Of a stretch of DNA of 64,000 nt, positions 1-14,434 are shown in pieces. Source of the DNA: Octopus vulgaris (Eukaryota); NCBI GenBank assembly GCA_951406725.2, contig OX597823.1, positions 107,818,001 through 107,882,000 of the forward strand, in the 5' to 3' direction. Within the stretch, counting starts at the first letter, position 1; each line of letters opens with the position of its first letter. Below the pieces are notes generated by a model. It did not search any database and had not been told where the DNA came from. It worked only from the letters and a program-made list of their open reading frames with translations. A program made the translations under genes and the position numbers.

Positions 1-234
1 ATCGTCCAGTGTCGAAAGATTATGTGGTCAGGGTTTGTTTTGATTATTTGGAGGTCAACAACCACTGACACATCACAGGCGATTGAGCAGACAATTGAAA
101 AACACCGGAGGTTGGTCAGCTAAAAGTAAGGACTCTAGAAAGTTCTTCCAAGGCCAAGCGATCTTCAGAATGTGAAATATTCCCTTTTGCAGATCTTCAA
201 GCCAGACTCAATGAAGTGTGGATCCATGACACTT

Positions 235-800
235 ACACACGTGCCACGGCTCCAAATACCATCACAGAGGCAAGATTCTTAGTTTCAAACACAGTGGGTA
301 CGTCAGAAGTATTGATATGCAATCGCACGAGAATTTCTGCGATTTACCTCAGCGTCCACAAGGAACTTCTTCTCGTCCATAACACGAGAGTTTTTTCTGC
401 ACCTTGATGTTTGATGAATGACAGAAGCGTCGGCCTTGACTGTTAGGAGATGACGGCGTCCTCGAACATAACTAGTCATGCCAAGGTTCCTGGTTACATC
501 TCTGGATACCGTGGAAAGGGACACATTGCGTTTCATTGCAAGAGTTGTCATGGATGTGGATTGGTTGGCTTCAATCGAACGTTTGAGGCCAGCGAGAAAC
601 TTTGGATTCCACTTGGAATCACTTCGAGTCTTGTGTTCTTTTCTATCAATCTTTTCTTGTGTAAATTGTTTATACACAAGACAAACTGTTGCTTTTTGGA
701 AGTTTCGTGTACTTAGCAACTTTATTGGCAGTGTGCCCGGCGCGCGCCATAACCACAATGGCGGAACGATTCTGCTGTTCCATGACTTTCTATAGCCGAA
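235..800 (-). mobile_element. Tc1/mariner-superfamily transposase remnant, truncated and frameshifted
   Basis: ORF 303..758 has an HTH-like region and DEKKFLVDAEVNRRNSR. After a frameshift it continues as VPTVFETKNLASVMVFGAV, matching the DEKxF...NxxNxR...SVMVWG pattern of mariner-like (maT/rosa-type) transposases. Confidence 0.8.
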
Positions 801-927
801 TCAGTTCGCTATTTGCCTGAAAATAAAGAGGAAGATTAGATTTTCAAGCAAGCAAGGTTTTGTCAAAAAAACGAAATGTTAAACCCATTGAGTCAACTGC
901 TTAAAATTGGTCTCAATTTATCTGCAA

Positions 928-991
<64 letters not shown>

Positions 992-1014
992 GTGTGTATT
1001 GTTTTTATCTTTTT

Positions 1015-1323
1015 TATCGTTTTACTTGTTTCAGTCATTTGACTGCGGCCATGCTGCAGCACCGCTTTTAGTCGAACAAATCGACCCCAGGACTTATTCT
1101 TTGCAAGCCTAGTACTTAATCTATCGGTCTCTTTTGCAGAATCGCTAAGTTACAGGGACGTAAACACACCAGCATCGGTTGTCAAGCGATGGTGGGGGAA
1201 CAAACACAGACACACAAATACTCCCACTGCGTGGCACCTTGGGCAAGTGTCTTCTACTATAACCTCGAGCTGACTAGAGCCTTGTGAGTGGATTTGGTAG
1301 ATGGAAACTGAAAGAAGCCTGTC

Positions 1324-1410
<87 letters not shown>

Positions 1411-1673
1411 TGTGTATGTGTGTGTGTGTGTGTGTCTGTGTCTGTGTGTGTCTGTGTCTGTGTGTCTTTGTCTGTGTTTGTTCACCCACCATCGCTTGAC
1501 AACCGATACTGATGTGTTTACGTTTACGTTACCTAGCGTTTCGGCAAAAGTGACCGATAGAATAAGTACTAGGCTTACAAAGAATAAGTCCTGGGGTCAA
1601 TTTGTTCGACTAAAGGTTGTGCTTCAGCATGGCTGCAGTCAAAATGACTGAAACACATAAAAGAATATATATG

Positions 1674-1728
<55 letters not shown>

Positions 1729-1877
1729 GATGGGCTTCTTTCAGTTTCCGTCTACCAAACCCACTCACAATGCTTTGGTAGTAGAAGACACTTGCCCATG
1801 ATACCACGCAGTGGGACTGAACCCAATACCATGTGGTTGGGAAGCAAGCTTCTTACCACACAGCCACGCTTGCGCCT
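1015..1877 (-). mobile_element. tRNA-derived SINE split into 3' half (1015-1220) and 5' half (1727-1877) by a nested copy
   Basis: Both halves are reverse complements of the full copy at 7251-7624. Confidence 0.85.
1221..1662 (+). mobile_element. 5'-truncated copy of the same tRNA-derived SINE, with internal (TA)n(TG)n
   Basis: Matches 7312-7610 from tcccactgcgtggcacc to gactgaaac. Confidence 0.85.
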
Positions 1878-2280
1878 ATGTTTACAAAATTCTTCTATGT
1901 AAATGTGTGATAAGAGTTATTCACGCTAACAACCCAAGTTAATAAAACAGTGTTTTAAGCAATCTATATTTATGTCAAACGACTCTGTTCGAGTAAGCAC
2001 GAGCTATCATGGCTACTCAATGTGGACAATTTATGACAATTAGTTCCATCATTTTTGCATTGTCATAATTCCAGGAGCCAAGTGCCTTGCATTGGACCAG
2101 TAACTTTCCTGCAACCAAAAGATACGAATGCAGACAATAACTGAAATAGTTAAACGAAAATATCAACGTATCTTGCCAGAGTTTTATTATATCTGTCGCT
2201 CGAAGTGACATTCTTCAAGAGTAAGGGAAAAGGTACTGAAAAGATACACACATACATTCATTTATACATACATACATACA

Positions 2281-2314
<34 letters not shown>

Positions 2315-2472
2315 GTAATGATAATAATAATAATAACAATAATAATAATATTAATAATAATAATAACAACAACAATAATAATAATAACAACAACAACAAT
2401 AATAATAATAATAATAACAATAATAATAATAATAACAACAACAATAATAATAACAACAACAACAACAACAAC

Positions 2473-2543
<71 letters not shown>

Positions 2544-2954
2544 GTAGTAGTAGTAGTAGTAGTAGTAGTAGAAGTAGTATACACCAGTCTGTATTTATGT
2601 AACCATATTGCTCCGTTCAGAAAAAAAGTATGTTTCTGTATTGAAGTTTATTGCACACAGAAAAATGGTGGTGAAACTGCCGTTGCATCGTTGCTTGTGA
2701 TGACAGAATAATGATAATGTCATCACAGAAGATGACGCAAACGGTACATGTACAGCACCCTCCACACTCACTTTATGTAATTCCTCTTTTCTCTTTTCTA
2801 ACCATTAAAACATGCAATCTCTCCAATGTGCCACGACTCACTCTCCTTGACTTCTTATGTTAGTGCTGCTGTTATTGCTGCTGGCGTAGATGGTGGCTGT
2901 GTTTGCCTTTGGCACTACCATTATATACATACGTATGTATCTTGTCCCATTTTG

Positions 2955-2993
<39 letters not shown>

Positions 2994-2996
<3 letters not shown>

Positions 2997-3680
2997 TATC
3001 TATAAAAGACATGATATGTGTGTGTGTGCGTGTGTGCGTGATTGTAATTTATGACCGTCCACAAATTAGCACGCATGTCGCTCAAATTTTAGGAGGACAT
3101 TCGTCAACATCCTCTCTGGGTTTTGTCAGCTTATTTTTTTCCCGAGGCACCCGCGGATAGCGGTAAAATTCTATTTTCAGTCATAGCTTTTAGCCATAAA
3201 AATATCAGCCATAGCTTTATGACGGCGTCTAACAAAAAAGAATAAAATAAAGAAAAGTGGAAGAGGGGCGGAGAGTTTCACGGGAAAGACAAAGTGAGAT
3301 AGGGAGAGAGAGAGTAAGTGACGACGTTCATAAAAAATAAAATGTAAAATGTTTTGTTTTTTCTTAAACACGAGATATAGTGTTCAAATTCAGGATGTTT
3401 TTGAAAGACACTATATTTTATAATCATAGTATATATACTTTCTCACACAACAATTACAATATATTTATTTTAAATCATTTATTTATTTTAAATCGTTCAT
3501 CTTTCTCCCCCTCTCTCACACACATTACTTTGGGTGCGAAAGAGTTTTGTTTTTATTTTACACCGTGTAAAAAAAGTGTTTTGTTAAGAGTCGATATTAC
3601 TTACTTAGGTTTGAAATAAAGAACTTGATTAGCTTAATAATCGTAACTTAATCCCGGGCAAGGCCGGGTTATACTGCTAG
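2994..3680 (+). mobile_element. Non-autonomous Helitron
   Basis: 5' TC start (tcatatctataaaag). 3' GC-rich hairpin cccgggcaaggccggg followed by atactgCTAG. Inserted between A and T within (TA)n, with no TSD. Confidence 0.8.
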
Positions 3681-3756
3681 TATATATATATATATATATA
3701 TATATATAGCGACGTACGTACACTTTGTTCTCTCTTATATATATATATATATGCAT

Positions 3757-3918
3757 CTGTCCTGGGTAACGCCATAAACTGCGTCCAGTGGCAAGACTCC
3801 AGTTGGGAAGTTCCGGAGCTGTGAGAATGTGGAGTTACTCTTTAGTTGTCATCGTCCCCAGGTCTGCTCTGACCCGGAGTAGTAGTACCTGTTAGGCTCC
3901 CATTTATGGGTTAGATAA
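3757..3918 (+). repeat. Old interspersed repeat (SINE-like); second copy at ~15700-15855
   Basis: Shared pattern ctgggta..taaactgc.tccagt...gtgga...ctctgacc..gagt.gtag.ac.tgt.agg. Confidence 0.55.
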
Positions 3919-5149
3919 TTCCTTACTCGAGTGGCACCGGCAAGGTATTATCAGCAATTAAAAAGGAACCACGGAGAGCGTACTTAACGGTACTAGGGTC
4001 AGAGCCCCCAACTACACTGTCAAGGAGTAGCCTGGGTGTTAGGACTCTGCTGGTTTAGGGATCTCCGGAATCTTACCCGCCCTCGAATGAAATATATGCA
4101 TTCACACACGCACGCGCATACTCATATAGGTTGGTAAGTGAGTGTAAATGTGCCTGGTTGTATATGAATACTACGTGTAAGTCTGTGTGTGTGTGTGCGT
4201 GTGTGCATGTGTGTGTATGTGTGTGTGTGTTTGTTTGCCATCATTCCACAATACAATGTTGATTCAACTGAATTACTTGCTCCCGAATTAACGGGTAAAA
4301 CGGGCGATATTTCGGGCAGAATCAGCGTGACGCGGTGTGTGCCAAGGTTCCACCTTTGTGCAATACACCTGGCTTCTCTACAGTTTCACCTACACTCTGG
4401 ATCGTCCCGAGACTCCAGAAAACTTCATCTCCACGCAGTAGTATCAAAACGAAAGCCATGTAGATGTAATACGAACTTCTTGACTATTTGACCGTATTGT
4501 GCCTACTACATACCTTCATACAGGCATACATACGCGCGTGCATACACACACATGCACGCACACACGAGTGTGTTTGTATGTGTGTAAAAATATATACCTA
4601 CATCCATGTATATGTTCGTATGTACATATGCTTATGTAAATGAAGGCCTACACACATCGTTACCTTCCCATGAACGTAATAATTTAGAGAGAGGGAGAAG
4701 GAGAGAAAGAAAGTGAGAGAAAGAAAGCGATAGAGAAAGAGAGAGAGAGAAGGCAGAAGCTGAGAGTTTTTTGGACCGGTAAGGCTTGCACAACCGTCAT
4801 AGAAGCTCTCCTCTTATTTGGCATGATCCAAGATATTTAGTGTCAAGAAAGGTCGCAGTTCTGGGAACGTAAGAACTTCTTCATCTTCAGCTGGTGAAGT
4901 TGATTCGAAGATACCCATGAAATTTCCCTGCCCACGGAATTTAACCCTACCAACCTCTCAGAGGTATGCTTTGAAGAAAACTAAACCTCGCCCCCCAACG
5001 TCTGACAGCGCGACGGACATGAGACCGGAATTTCTCTATTTCCTTCCGATGAAAATGAATATAGAGCTAATGCAAAGATATGCGCTGGCGCGCCCCACTG
5101 CCGCTCCCCCGTACAAACAGCAACCGGCAAAACGTTCCCACTTGCCAAT

Positions 5150-5275
<126 letters not shown>

Positions 5276-5277
5276 GA

Positions 5278-5341
<64 letters not shown>

Positions 5342-5342
5342 T

Positions 5343-5388
<46 letters not shown>

Positions 5389-5462
5389 AACATATATATA
5401 TATTTATATACATACATATTTATGCATATATATATATGTATATATATAATATATGTAATATA

Positions 5463-5495
<33 letters not shown>

Positions 5496-5564
5496 TTATA
5501 TGTAACAAATTAAAAGAGTGGCTTATTAGCAATAAGAACTTAAAAGCAAAATTAATAGAGATCC

Positions 5565-5605
<41 letters not shown>

Positions 5606-6547
5606 GTATACACCGCGGTATTTTTGAATTCTAGCCTAAGGCTTCCTCTAACTTTTATTAAACTTTAATCCTGTAAAACAATCATTTTTACGAGACAAGA
5701 TTTCGAAAATGTAACCGCAAATTATATCCAGTAATTGGTTAAAGAAAAATGAATGACAAATGCCAACTCTATGCATGGATGCATGTAAATATATACATGT
5801 AAATATATACATGTAAATATGCATGAATATGCATTAGTGTATACGCATACACTAGCAAATGCACTATGTGTGTGTGTGTTTATGTTTGTGTTTATTCATA
5901 CACACATGCACACAAATGTAACGTGTGTAATATCTGTGATCTTATTGTATATGTGTGTGTGTGTGTCTGTAAACTCAGTGTGTGTGTGTTTAAACCTGTC
6001 TGTCTTGGTTCTGATATGACAATAACACTGGCAGACAGTGCAAGGTCTGTGTCAAACACACAACTATGAACGCACAAACACACACATGTATCAGCACATA
6101 CGCAGCGTAACGCAGGCGCGCATCTGCACACATGTTATACGCACACATAAGTGCAGACGCGCAGGCAACCACTATTTCCTCACATTTTCTCTCAGACCTT
6201 TCCTAATATCTTCACAAATACATCGAAACATAAGTGTGCAACCCCACTCATCTCACTCTCCGTTGAGATGGATTCGAGTTCTATGCAAAAAGATTACTTC
6301 CCAGACAAGAATCTACCCTTCCACAGACAGGTAACTCTCTTCAGAACTGATATAGTGTCTGTATTAAGGAGAACACTGGACACGTTTACCTTGTACATCA
6401 TCGTCCTCAATGGATATTATTAACTATCTCCACATTAACATATAGGTATGTTATCATTGTTTGTGTGTATACATGTGTGTATGTGTGCAAATATATATAT
6501 ACATACATACATACATACATATATATATATAGGTATGTATATATATG

Positions 6548-6580
<33 letters not shown>

Positions 6581-6627
6581 ATATATGTATATATATGTGT
6601 ATATATATATGTGTGTTTATATGTATA

Positions 6628-6674
<47 letters not shown>

Positions 6675-6941
6675 CACACACAGGTGTTTGTGTGCCAGTA
6701 CGTATGTATATTATGAGTGCGTCAATCTCTCTCTACCACCCATTCTTTCCCACTGTCTTTCTGTATTTGTCTTTCTCCCCCCCCACTCTCTCTCTCTCTC
6801 TCTCTGTGTACGTATGTATAATGCATGCCTGTCTGTGAGTTGTATGGATATGTACTATATATAGATGTATATGTGTTTATGTATTTATGAATGTATGGAT
6901 CTATGTATATATATATATACAGAGAGAGGGAGAGGGAGACA

Positions 6942-6990
<49 letters not shown>

Positions 6991-7250
6991 ATATAAGTAT
7001 ACATATCTATGTATATATACATATAAATATGTAGTAGATATATATATAGATATCATAGATATCTATACATGCACAAATATATATGTATATACATATACAA
7101 ATGTGCATTCGTATATATGAATGTATTTCTATGTATATACGGATATATAAATATGTGGACTGTGTGTGTGTATATATATATGTATATATGAATATGTATA
7201 TGTGTATAAATATGTTTGTGTGTGTACATGTCAAAATAATATATATATAT

Positions 7251-7624
7251 AGGCGCAGGAGTGGCTCTGTGGTAAGTAGCTTGCTAACCAACCACATGGT
7301 TGCGGGTTCAGTCCCACTGCGTGGCATCTTGGGCAAGTGTCTTCTGCTATAGCCCCGGGCCGACCAATGCCTTGTGAGTGGATTTGGTAGACGGAAACTG
7401 AAAGAAGCCTGTCGTATATATGTATATATATATGTATGCGTGTGTTTGTGTGTCTGTGTTTGTCCCCCTAGCATTGCTTGACAACCGATGCTGGTGTGTT
7501 TAGGTCCCCGTCACTTAGCGGTTCGGCAAAAAGAGACCGATAGAATAAGTACTAAAAGGTGGTGCTCCAGCATGGCCGCAGTCAAATGACTGAAACAAGT
7601 AAAAGAGTAAAAGAGAAAAGAGTA
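7251..7624 (+). mobile_element. Full-length tRNA-derived SINE
   Basis: tRNA-like head with A box (tggctctgtgg) and B box (ggttcagtccc), an internal microsatellite and an (aaagagt)n-like tail. Several copies occur in the window. Confidence 0.9.
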
Positions 7625-7664
7625 ATATATCTACGGGACTGTCACGTTATGTTGATTTTATACA

Positions 7665-7739
<75 letters not shown>

Positions 7740-7902
7740 ATATATTTATGCCAAACTCTCACCCAATCACACTCTCGTTCTCTCTTTCTTCCCCTTTATA
7801 TATATATGTGTACATACACGCTTACACATACAGCCACAGACATACACACATATATATTTATATATATACATATAAATACAAATATGCAAATGTACGTTTG
7901 TA

Positions 7903-8046
<144 letters not shown>

Positions 8047-8652
8047 TAGATAGATAGATAGATGTTAATATACATGCATATACACATATTTACATGCATA
8101 AACGCATAAACATTATTATATATATGTATATGTTTATTATATATATGTATATATATATACGCACATATGCATGTAAACATACACACCCACACACATTCAT
8201 AGTCTCACACAAGACACACACACTCACACACATAGTAAGAGGGAGAAAGAGAGAGACAGAGAGGGATAAAGAAAGAGTGAGAGAGAGAGACGTTCCCTCT
8301 CGTGCCCACTTTTCTTATACCAGCATGGGATACAAGATGACATGGTGGTGCTTTGGTTGACGGGTACTTCGTTGCTGGTCGCTCCTTGTGCTGCCCTGTT
8401 TCTCCCTGCCACATCGTGTAAGTCCCGATGGTCAAGTGTGAGTTGGTATGAGGGAGTGTATATATATATATATATATTCGGCATCGACACCGTAAAGGTC
8501 CCAAAATACTTTTGCACATCGTGCATCGTCGATCCCGCGTAACGGCTGCTCCTCTTCTCCGCCTATTTGCCTTCATACATGCCCGCCTGCTTGTCAGTCT
8601 GCATCTCTCTCTCTCTCTCTCTCTCTGTATATGTGTGCGTGAGTGTATAATA

Positions 8653-8738
<86 letters not shown>

Positions 8739-8798
8739 TACACATATACATGAATGTCTCTACATATATCTCTCTCTGTCTATCTCTCTGTCTATCTC

Positions 8799-8860
<62 letters not shown>

Positions 8861-8961
8861 ATGTTTGTGATTATATATGTATATATGTATATATATACAC
8901 ATATATACATATATATACATATATATATATATGTATGTATATACAGATATGTGTATATATG

Positions 8962-8992
<31 letters not shown>

Positions 8993-9164
8993 ATGTATAT
9001 ATATATATATATATATAATATTTCAACCGGCAAACCTCACAGTGACTCATTGATCCATAGCTTCGCGCATGATATTTATTGAAGTTCGACGAGTGCAGTG
9101 AACGAAATCATCTTCTGTCTTCAGCCGATTAAAAAGTAACAATAATAACAATAATAATAATAAC

Positions 9165-9217
<53 letters not shown>

Positions 9218-9308
9218 TAACAATAATAATAATAATAATAATAAAAATAACAACAACAACAACAACAACAACAATAATAACAATAACAATAACAATAATA
9301 ATAATAAT

Positions 9309-9391
<83 letters not shown>

Positions 9392-10320
9392 TATTTGTTT
9401 GTCTGTGTGTGTGTGTAGTGGCCATATCTGGAGCAATGGATATTCTTCTATATAGATGATGATAGTTTTGTTGAATAAAACAATATCAATCGAAGTCAGC
9501 AACAATATTCCAAAGATAGAACTAAAAAAGTCGTGAAAAGAATTTGTAAGAAAATTAAGATTTTAAATTTTATTTATTAAGTACTAAAAGGACCTGCTGG
9601 ATTATTCTGCATAACATGTATGTATGTATGTATGTATGTATGTATGTATGTATGTATGTATGTATGTGTATGTATGTATGTATGTATGTATGTATGTATG
9701 TATGTATGTATGAATGTGTATGTATGTATGTATGTATGTATGTATGTATGTATGTATGTATGTATGTATGTATGTATGTATGTATGTATGTATGTATGTG
9801 TGCATGCATGTGTGTGTGTGTGTGTGTGTGTAATCTTTCACTAACCGTCCTTGAGTTGTATTCTAAGGTGATACAAGGTTAGATCGAACCCAAATTCTTA
9901 TATTTGCAAAGCGAACTTCTTCATCGCTCGGCCCCGATTTCATCACTTTCACCGTTGATAACTTAACAAATAAAATTATTTTGTTAGCCTCGTCTTTCCC
10001 GGACTGAGTTTACTCCCTAATTCTGCACACATCAGTGGTGTCCCCCGTTATTTAATAACGGTTATTGTATACGTCTTGTGTTTAGGAATTAGGGAAGCCC
10101 CCCCTGCACCTCACCACCAACACCACCCAATGTACCTTACAGCAACGCTCCAGCTCGGACTTGACTGAGATAGTTGAAACAAATTCTACGACTAGCAAGA
10201 AACATATCATCACCACCGCGACCACAACAACAACCACTACCACCACCACCACCACCACCACCACCACCACCACCACTACCACCACCACCACCACCACCAC
10301 CACCACTACCGCCACCACCT

Positions 10321-10378
<58 letters not shown>

Positions 10379-11924
10379 AATCACCACCACCGCAACAACA
10401 ATCACCACTCTCCCATCACCGCCACCACTATCATCATCATCACCGTCACCACCGCCGCAGCCGCCGCCCCCATCACCACCATCACCATCATCACTCCTAT
10501 GACCATCACTGTCACTCCACTGCCACTGTCACTTTCAACACCACTTCTCCCCACCACAATGACCACCACCACGTATTTTACCGTCATTACCGCCACCACG
10601 TACCTTATTATTACCGACGCTATTTTATCATCCCCTCTGCGACCACCGCTGCCGCTGCCGCTGCCGCTACATTCCTTGGTGTCATCATCAGCTGATCACA
10701 AACACCTCCATCACGTACTTTGCCATCATCTCCACCACTCTCATCATCAGCAAATTGCCACCCGTCTAAGACCCTCCAGCCCACGTTTTCCGTTCACTGT
10801 TCAAACAAGACTCAGTGGCATTCGACGTGATGTGGCCGTAATGAAAGCAGCCATGGAGCCTGCTAGAAACAGCCGCCAAAATCCTCTCATATCACATCTA
10901 CTGTCCTAAAGAAAGGAAGGACACATTAGATAATGTAAATCCAAGATAGACAAAAATCACCAGATGGTAACAGTTGGAAAGATCTCCACCGTAGGTATTT
11001 GTGGGTGAGGACGACCCCCGGACTAAACAATAACATTATGAATGACCCGCAAAATATAAAACGCCACACTCTTCTGACTAAATAAAAACAAATATGTGAC
11101 AGATACAAAATAGCTTTATATAACCGCTAACAAAAGAAAAGAAAAAAGTAGGGGTGGGCATGATGGACTCGGTTTAAATAGTTTTGATCATCCTACTTGA
11201 TCGAGTTTGTTTGGGGCTAAACACTAACAACTATACATCACCACCACCACCACTGCCACCAGTAACTCTCCCACCCCGATTATTATTATGTCACCTTTGA
11301 TCCCATTCTCTATTTTCTATGTATGACCTCCACCCACTCTCAGCCGTCATGTCTCATAACATTACCACAATCACATCCACCTTCACACAATGACCACTAG
11401 TAATAACGATGATGATGCTGAAGATTTTTATTAGCCACGGGGGCACGGATGAGAGAGAATCAGAAGGACAGTCAATAGTTTCTGTGGGGATTTGCATACA
11501 AGATGAAGAGAAAGAAATGGAAAAGACGGTGAAGTACGTTAAAAGTACGCATAGTATACAAAGTACGTGATAATCTGAGTAATGCAGTCCTCCTGATGCA
11601 GGAGAAACTCCAACCAGGGCCAATCTAGGAACCTTCTAGATCCAAGATTACCTCGACCACAAAAGGCACGAGCCCTCTGCTAGCTCTCCAATCTAGAAAT
11701 GCATACTTAGAGTAGGGCCATTCACCCAAGCCATTTCCCCCACAATTACCTATCTTATTACAAATTCACTGGGAAATAACACTTCCCTCTTTCCATTCCC
11801 TTACTTTCCATTCCATATGGAACTTATGGAAGTCGATGAAGGCTTGACTGAAAAAGGAAGGTGTCTTCCCTCAATACATTTAACCTCGTCCACCACACAA
11901 CCTCTTTCGCCATAGCCACGAGAC

Positions 11925-12167
11925 CAGTGGTTCTCAACCGGGGTCCATATAGCACTTGGGGCTCCATACAAGATTTTATTATTCAAATATACGTGCATTA
12001 AGTTAGCTATACTTCTACAATACACAAAATATTTTAAATATTTCTTATACAATTCTTAATTATAAACACAAATTAGGGTTTTTAAATCATCGTATGGCTA
12101 TGGGGATCCACCCGCATGAAAGAGGAATCAAAGGGGCCCCTTCGGCAAAATTGCTCGAGAACCACTG
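11925..12167. mobile_element. hAT (Charlie-like) MITE
   Basis: TIRs cagtggttctc / gagaaccactg; 8-bp TSD cacgagac / cactagac. Confidence 0.85.
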
Positions 12168-12944
12168 CACTAGACAGAGGAACTCTCGAGGGATTCGGTC
12201 AGTAATCGGCTTCGTCCCACACGCAATAACAGTTGCTCGACATAACTCCACAAGTCAGCATTACCCAGATATTACTGCATACAGAACGGTTTCGCCGGGC
12301 CGCGCATATCTTGTAATCCTCATCAGTAAACGTTCAGATAACAGCATTAAGAATGGTACAGGATTACATAAAGAAGCGTATAAAAAGTAGAAAAACAATT
12401 GCAGTATAAATTCTAATGAATTATCCCCGCAAAAGACAGAGATTTCCTATGGCTGCTTGTAGAACCCCACTCCCACCCCCCAAAAACCCACTGTCGTCCT
12501 GACCATTAGAGCTATCTCCTCATCGTCTTCTTTCGATCTGCTGACACATGCTTAGAGTAGGCCCATTCTCGCCACATTCACCCATCTTTCAACAAAATTG
12601 TCGAGAGGTAATATTCCTTCTTCCCCTTCACGCTTCACTTCAGGTGAAACTTGACAAAAGTGATGAGGACTTGGCCTTCTTTATACAGTAGGCACAAAAA
12701 CTAAAATTGTTTAGTGGGGAGGGAACTTGTCGATTACATCGATCCTATTTTATCGATGCCGAAATATGATGAAAGGCAAAGTGGACTTTCTGTGGAATTT
12801 GAACTCATAACGCAAAACCGGAAGAAATGCTGCTTTACATTTGAACTGCACAACGTCTAAACGATTCTGCCAGCTCATCTAATTAGAATTCTTTCAAATA
12901 TAGGCACGAGGCTGGAAGCTTTGCAGTGTAGGTGTAGGTCAGTG

Positions 12945-13152
12945 CACACCGGGCGAAGTGCTTAGCGGTATTTCGTCTGCTGTTACATTCTGAGTTCAAA
13001 TTCCGCCGAGGTCGACTTTGCCTTTCATCCTTTCGGGGTCGATAAATTAAGTATCAGTTACGCACTGGGGTCGATGTAATTGACTTAATACCTATGTCTG
13101 TCCTTGTTTGTCCCCTCTGTGTTTAGCCCCTTGTGGGTAATAAAGAAATAGG
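12945..13152 (+). mobile_element. Nin-domain SINE, 5'-truncated, inserted among older minus-strand relatives (12685-12880, 13155-13325)
   Basis: Central gtcgactttgcctttcatcctttcggggtcgataaattaagta (Nin-like core); tail ending ccccttgtgggtaataaagaaata. Confidence 0.85.
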
Positions 13153-13426
13153 TATGGGGCTGGTCGATGTACTTGACTCCTGTGCTTCACTGGCACTTAT
13201 TTTAATCGACCCGTAAAGTATGAAAGGCTAAGTCAGCCTTGACGAAATTTGAACTGAAAACAGAAAAGCTAGAAGAAAAACTGTTAAGCATTTTGTTCGC
13301 TGCACTGACAATTCTGCCACTCCCACCACCACAAATGGTATCACAAGAAAGGAAGGGAGAGAGAACGTTTTGAGCAGTCGTGAGTAAACTGAGGCCGGCG
13401 GGGCTATATATATGTGTGTGTGTGTA

Positions 13427-13458
<32 letters not shown>

Positions 13459-13644
13459 CATGTGTATGTATGTGTGGGTGCGTGTATGTTTGTGTGTGTG
13501 TATATATATAACAGGCAGAAAGTGGGAAAAAAGATAATATGGCAGACGAGCAATGACAGAATGGCGAAACGAAGGGGAACGAAACTATGAAAAACTTTGG
13601 CGGACAGAGAGGTAGATAGATATACACATAAACATGTGTATGTA

Positions 13645-13810
13645 TGGCCCCCGTAACTTAGCGGTTCGGCAAAAGAGATCGGTACAATAGGTACCAGCTT
13701 TACACAAACAATAATAAGTACTGGGTTCGATTTGTTCTACCAAAAACTTTTCAAGGCGGTACCCCAGCATGACCACAGTCTAATGACTGTAATAAGTAAA
13801 AGATTAAAAA
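13645..13810 (+). mobile_element. 3' fragment of tRNA-derived SINE
   Basis: Matches the 3' half of 7251-7624. Confidence 0.75.
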
Positions 13811-14434
13811 AATAAAGGATGTGTGTGTGTGTGCTTGCCCCCACCCATGCAACTTGACCACCGGCATTGGTTTGTTTACTTTCCCGTAATTAAGCTGTTC
13901 GGCTAAATAGAATAATTACCAGACTTAAAAGATTATAAGTACTGGAGGCGATTTGTAAATCAACAACCACGGGAATAACATAAGCAGGGAGAGAGTTGAA
14001 GAAAGCCGGCCTTCTGGAAAAAAAAAAAAAGATTAGGCGGAGTGCTTATTGTAGGGCCTGTGATGAAAGGGGGAAAGACAAATGGGACAAGGATGTTTGT
14101 GTACATTTGGCACAAAAGAACATTATAGTAGCGTTATATAAAGTACAGAGAGAAAAGTTAACGCGTCTGAGGGCTGGTGGTGCGAGCGTGTCTGTGAATG
14201 ACTTTATAACAACGAATCAGTAACCTTTTTCTAGATGAAAAATAGGTAATCTAAGTGTACAGCTGTTCCATTACAGATATGAGAGCAATTCTCATTGTGG
14301 CCTTCACATGAGTTTTGTAGTGTCAAAAGATGATGGTGGCTGAAGTATTTCCTGGCCCTGAAACGAAAGGCCAGTCGCTGGGATGCAGTTCATACTATAT
14401 TAAGGACGTGCTTTTGCCTAGCTATCACGTCCCC

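Noticed and set aside
10082-10909. Poly-Thr/Pro/His/Val ORFs (also 27635-28456, 46656-48035, 54344-54958)
   Set aside because: Compound trinucleotide repeats open in several frames and on both strands, with no domain or exon structure.
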